26,569 bases of DNA from NCBI GenBank assembly GCA_001822675.1, contig MHRY01000044.1:1-26569 (forward strand). Direction: 5' to 3'. Position 1 is the first letter of the stretch, and each line of letters begins with the position of its first letter. Both the position numbers and the translations under genes were made by a program. Positions 23,719-26,569 of the stretch are shown here, piece after piece. Below the pieces are notes generated by a model. The model was given only the letters and a program-made list of their open reading frames with translations. It searched no databases and was not told the DNA's origin. The DNA is from Candidatus Taylorbacteria bacterium RIFCSPLOWO2_01_FULL_45_34b. GTDB taxonomy: Bacteria > Patescibacteriota > Minisyncoccia > Phycocordibacterales > DSPV01.

Positions 23719-26358
23719 ATGATGCAGAATAATAACAAAAACATGAAAAAGATGACGTCCAGACTTTTTGGTTTTCGTTTTCCGATACTCGGACTTGTTC
23801 TGACTGCCGCCTTCTTTGGTTTCTCGAACAATGTTGCTTTGGCATGGAATCTTCAAGGATCTTGTTCTGTGGCGCCTGCTTCACCGAATATTGGCGAGAC
23901 TGTAACGTGGACGGCTACGCAGACATCTACCATGACGCCAAGCCAAGGTCATTATGAATATTCATGGAGCGGCACTGACGGACTAGCTGGCATCTCGAAC
24001 CCTGTTTCAAAAAGTTACGCGACTACTGGCACCAAAAATGCCACGGTGGTTATTATGCTTGTTTTAAATGCCGGTGGTCGTGAGAAGATTACCCGAAATT
24101 GTTTCACTGTTGTGAAAACTTCTCCACCACTGCCTGGTCAATGCAAACTTGAAATGACTAAGGAGGTTGATAAAGCAACTGCAACAGTTGGCGATGTGCT
24201 TACCTATACGCTTACTTTTAAAAATAGCGGAGACGCCGACTGCACTGGCGGCGGCGTGCGAATTCAGGATGTTGTAGATTCAGCGCTCACGTATCAAAGT
24301 GAAACTCGTAGCGGCAACGTTGATGTGGGATACAACAGCATTCCGCTTTACAGCGCCTCGACTCGGACGTTGAATTGGAATGGCAATGTGTTGACGCCGG
24401 GTGAGAGCGGTTCAATTTCTTGGAAGGGAAAGGTCAACGAACCTGCGGCTTGCGGGGTGTTCGATATTCCTAATAAAGCCCGAATCACCTCGGCAGAGTA
24501 TTCGCCAGCCGATCTCATGACGACCCCGAGCGTTTGGGTCGAGAGCAATACTGTTAAAACGACAATCACTAAGGATTGCCCGCTGCCACTAGAGCTTTCT
24601 GTCACATGCACTGCCAATCCTTCGGCTGTCCAGACTGGCGATGCTGTTACATGGAGTTCCACCGCTTCCGGCGGGGTTGGTTCGTATACATATAGTTGGA
24701 CAGGAGATGACGGTTTTTCTAGTACCGACCAAACTGATTCAAAATCGTACACGTCATCGGGTACTAAAAATGCCACAGTAACGGTTACCTCCAGTTCTGA
24801 AACTATTTCAAAAACCTGCACCACTTCCGTGGCGTCGCCCACGTCTTCACCCTCTCCGCTTTCGGGAAGTTGTGCTGTCAGCCCGACAGCTGTAGAAATC
24901 GGTCAGGAAGTTACCTGGAGCGCTAGCGCAACTGGCGGCACAGGTTCTTATACCTATTCATGGTCTGGTACTGATGGTTTGACTGGTTCGGACGCTTCCG
25001 TCAGCCGCTCCTATGCTTCATCAGGAACCAAGATGGGCAATGTCACTATTACTTCCGGATCGGAGTCAATAACTTCAAATGCTTGTTCTGTTGATATTAA
25101 ACCGTCTTCGACTTGCACGAGTAATTGCGGCGGAGGTGGAGGTGTGGGTGGCGGGGGTGGTTACAATCCGCCAACGGTGGTGCTTCTTAAAAAGGCCGAG
25201 AAACTGCCACTCGCATTCGTGTACTTAAGCCAAATTCCATACACTGGTTTTGGCGACAGTTTTAAAGTTATTGCTTTTATTCTCGGACTAATTATCTGGA
25301 GTATTTTAGTTGTATATCTTTTTAAGTCTGGTATCATTCTTCGGGTTATTGAGAGAATTCAAAAACGTTTAAAACGAGAGGAACCTAATCTCGTCAAAGA
25401 AGAAACACAAGTTCCGATTGATGAAAATAGTCTTATTACCGAGAGCCCAGATTATCAAAAATATATGGAAGAAGATTCCACAACCACATATAAGCATAGC
25501 AACCAATCGTACGCATATGCCGGTATTTCGGCAAACCCCTCTTTTATTCCGGACAATCTGCCCGGGGAAGACATTTCGCTTGAACCGACTGTGGTGGATG
25601 AGCGAAATATTCGCGAAGCGCTTTTGGCAAAAGCCCGCGAGCGAAAAACTCTTATCTCTGAAGACGCAGTCAAACTTCTGCTCCAATCTTTGTCGGGTAA
25701 TTACGCCAAGGCCGAAACGGCACTTACAAAAGTGATTGACGATGCCGAGACCAAGTATGTCAAAGAGGACGGTTGGATTTTACTCAATCGTGAAAAGATG
25801 GCGCTTCTTTTACCAACTCCTCATTTTTCTGTGAATTCTTCAAAAACAACGCCTCCAGCGCCAAATGGCATGTTTGTTCCGACCGCGCTTGAGCGAGAGA
25901 GTTATGCTTTGCCTCGTTTTTCGGATAAAGCTCCGGTTGCGAAGGTTGAAAATACTACAGCTCCGGTCCCTGCGCCTGTTTCCTACGCGCAGACTTCGAA
26001 TCATTCAAATAGCGCTCCTGTCTTTCTTTCAACATTGTCATTTATTCGGGCAATTGTTGCAAAGGATAGCCAGAAAGTATTTGCAGTACTCCGCACGCTT
26101 CGACAAGAAGGTAAAAATGTCGAAGACTTTATCAAATCCGTTATCTACGAACTTGATGAGGCGTATCGCGGACGCTTGGAAGAGGGAATCCGTGGTGGTA
26201 ATGTTGAACTTAAAACTGTTGTGTCAGCTTGGACGAACGATGATTTGGAAGAAGTAATTACGATTTTTCTTACCATCATTGATCAAAGTTACAAGAATTC
26301 TTTGACCGGCCTTAAGCTTGCGATCATGAGAATTTTGGATTTGAAGAAGCGAGGGTAA
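23719..26358 (+). CDS. Large cell-surface protein: signal peptide, three PKD-like ~75-aa repeats and a DUF11-like domain, Gly-run, IPYTG + TM segment, then a ~340-aa cytoplasmic tail
   Basis: Signal MKKMTSRLFGFRFPILGLVLTAAFFGFSNNVALA. Repeats are bounded by Cys with (T/V)TW ... YSWSG(T/D)DG ... SKSY ... GTKNATV. VGDVLTYTLTFKNSGDADCTG matches the DUF11-type fold. The membrane region is KLPLAFVYLSQIPYTGFGDSFKVIAFILGLIIWSILVVYLFKSG. Confidence 0.7.
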   Translation: MMQNNNKNMKKMTSRLFGFRFPILGLVLTAAFFGFSNNVALAWNLQGSCSVAPASPNIGETVTWTATQTSTMTPSQGHYEYSWSGTDGLAGISNPVSKSYATTGTKNATVVIMLVLNAGGREKITRNCFTVVKTSPPLPGQCKLEMTKEVDKATATVGDVLTYTLTFKNSGDADCTGGGVRIQDVVDSALTYQSETRSGNVDVGYNSIPLYSASTRTLNWNGNVLTPGESGSISWKGKVNEPAACGVFDIPNKARITSAEYSPADLMTTPSVWVESNTVKTTITKDCPLPLELSVTCTANPSAVQTGDAVTWSSTASGGVGSYTYSWTGDDGFSSTDQTDSKSYTSSGTKNATVTVTSSSETISKTCTTSVASPTSSPSPLSGSCAVSPTAVEIGQEVTWSASATGGTGSYTYSWSGTDGLTGSDASVSRSYASSGTKMGNVTITSGSESITSNACSVDIKPSSTCTSNCGGGGGVGGGGGYNPPTVVLLKKAEKLPLAFVYLSQIPYTGFGDSFKVIAFILGLIIWSILVVYLFKSGIILRVIERIQKRLKREEPNLVKEETQVPIDENSLITESPDYQKYMEEDSTTTYKHSNQSYAYAGISANPSFIPDNLPGEDISLEPTVVDERNIREALLAKARERKTLISEDAVKLLLQSLSGNYAKAETALTKVIDDAETKYVKEDGWILLNREKMALLLPTPHFSVNSSKTTPPAPNGMFVPTALERESYALPRFSDKAPVAKVENTTAPVPAPVSYAQTSNHSNSAPVFLSTLSFIRAIVAKDSQKVFAVLRTLRQEGKNVEDFIKSVIYELDEAYRGRLEEGIRGGNVELKTVVSAWTNDDLEEVITIFLTIIDQSYKNSLTGLKLAIMRILDLKKRG

Positions 26359-26412
26359 GGTGGATTCTGGATTCAAGGTTCTAAATTCAGGAATGAGAGA
26401 ATAAAAAATAAG

Positions 26413-26448
26413 AAAATCCCCGCCGTCCTTTCGGACGGCGGGGATTTG
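26413..26448 (+). terminator. Intrinsic-terminator-like hairpin after the surface-protein gene
   Basis: aaaatccccgccgtcc-tttc-ggacggcggggatttg, a 13-bp GC-rich stem. Confidence 0.6.
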
Positions 26449-26569
26449 ACATGTGATGAGATTCTTGGTAATTTACTCTTGGAACACAACACCTCTCCTC
26501 ACCCCTCAATACGAACTTCTGGAAAGTTAATTGCTAATGATTCAACCAGTGTACCATGTTCGTATTCCA

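Noticed and set aside
24348-24842. 164-aa minus-strand ORF
   Set aside because: Antisense to the PKD-repeat region of the large surface protein.
25369-26257. Short ORFs on both strands in the 3' part of the surface-protein gene
   Set aside because: Nested within the uninterrupted 879-codon frame.

Overview
This window looks like a small-genome bacterium, possibly CPR/Patescibacteria-like. That guess is an inference from shortened pheS/pheT, type IV pilin, sortase and ribosomal proteins with extensions. The standard genetic code is used, since TGA serves as a stop codon.

The core genes are rplY, a coiled-coil lytic-transglycosylase protein, rpmE, prfA, rpsB-tsf, tRNA-Thr, pheS-pheT and gyrB, followed by a sortase with a PKD-repeat surface protein.

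The first ~2.2 kb is an accessory patch. It holds two toxin-antitoxin pairs (hicB-hicA and mntA-hepT), each bracketed by copies of a ~105-bp three-hairpin repeat. Four copies are present, all in the same orientation, and the window starts inside the first.

A second system runs through the window: a REP-associated HUH tyrosine transposase (RAYT, 10793..11467 on the minus strand). It is flanked by direct-repeat-plus-hairpin modules built on the AGGT-N-ACCT palindrome. At least 12 related REP-like palindromes are scattered in intergenic DNA. Eight of them are packed into one 600-bp gap (3890-4420), and an identical 23-bp palindrome occurs at 4251 and at 15474.

Other features:
- an SPFH/band-7 protein with a partner membrane protein
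- an orphan receiver-only response regulator preceded by a perfect 18+18 bp palindrome
- tRNA-Leu(TAG) and tRNA-Lys(CTT), the latter surrounded by tRNA-derived fragments and a 2-hydroxyacid dehydrogenase gene remnant
- a fused membrane/spermidine-synthase-like protein
- an in-frame micro-repeat inside pheS
- several unexplained structured or compositionally odd intergenic stretches

No rRNA or CRISPR array was seen.
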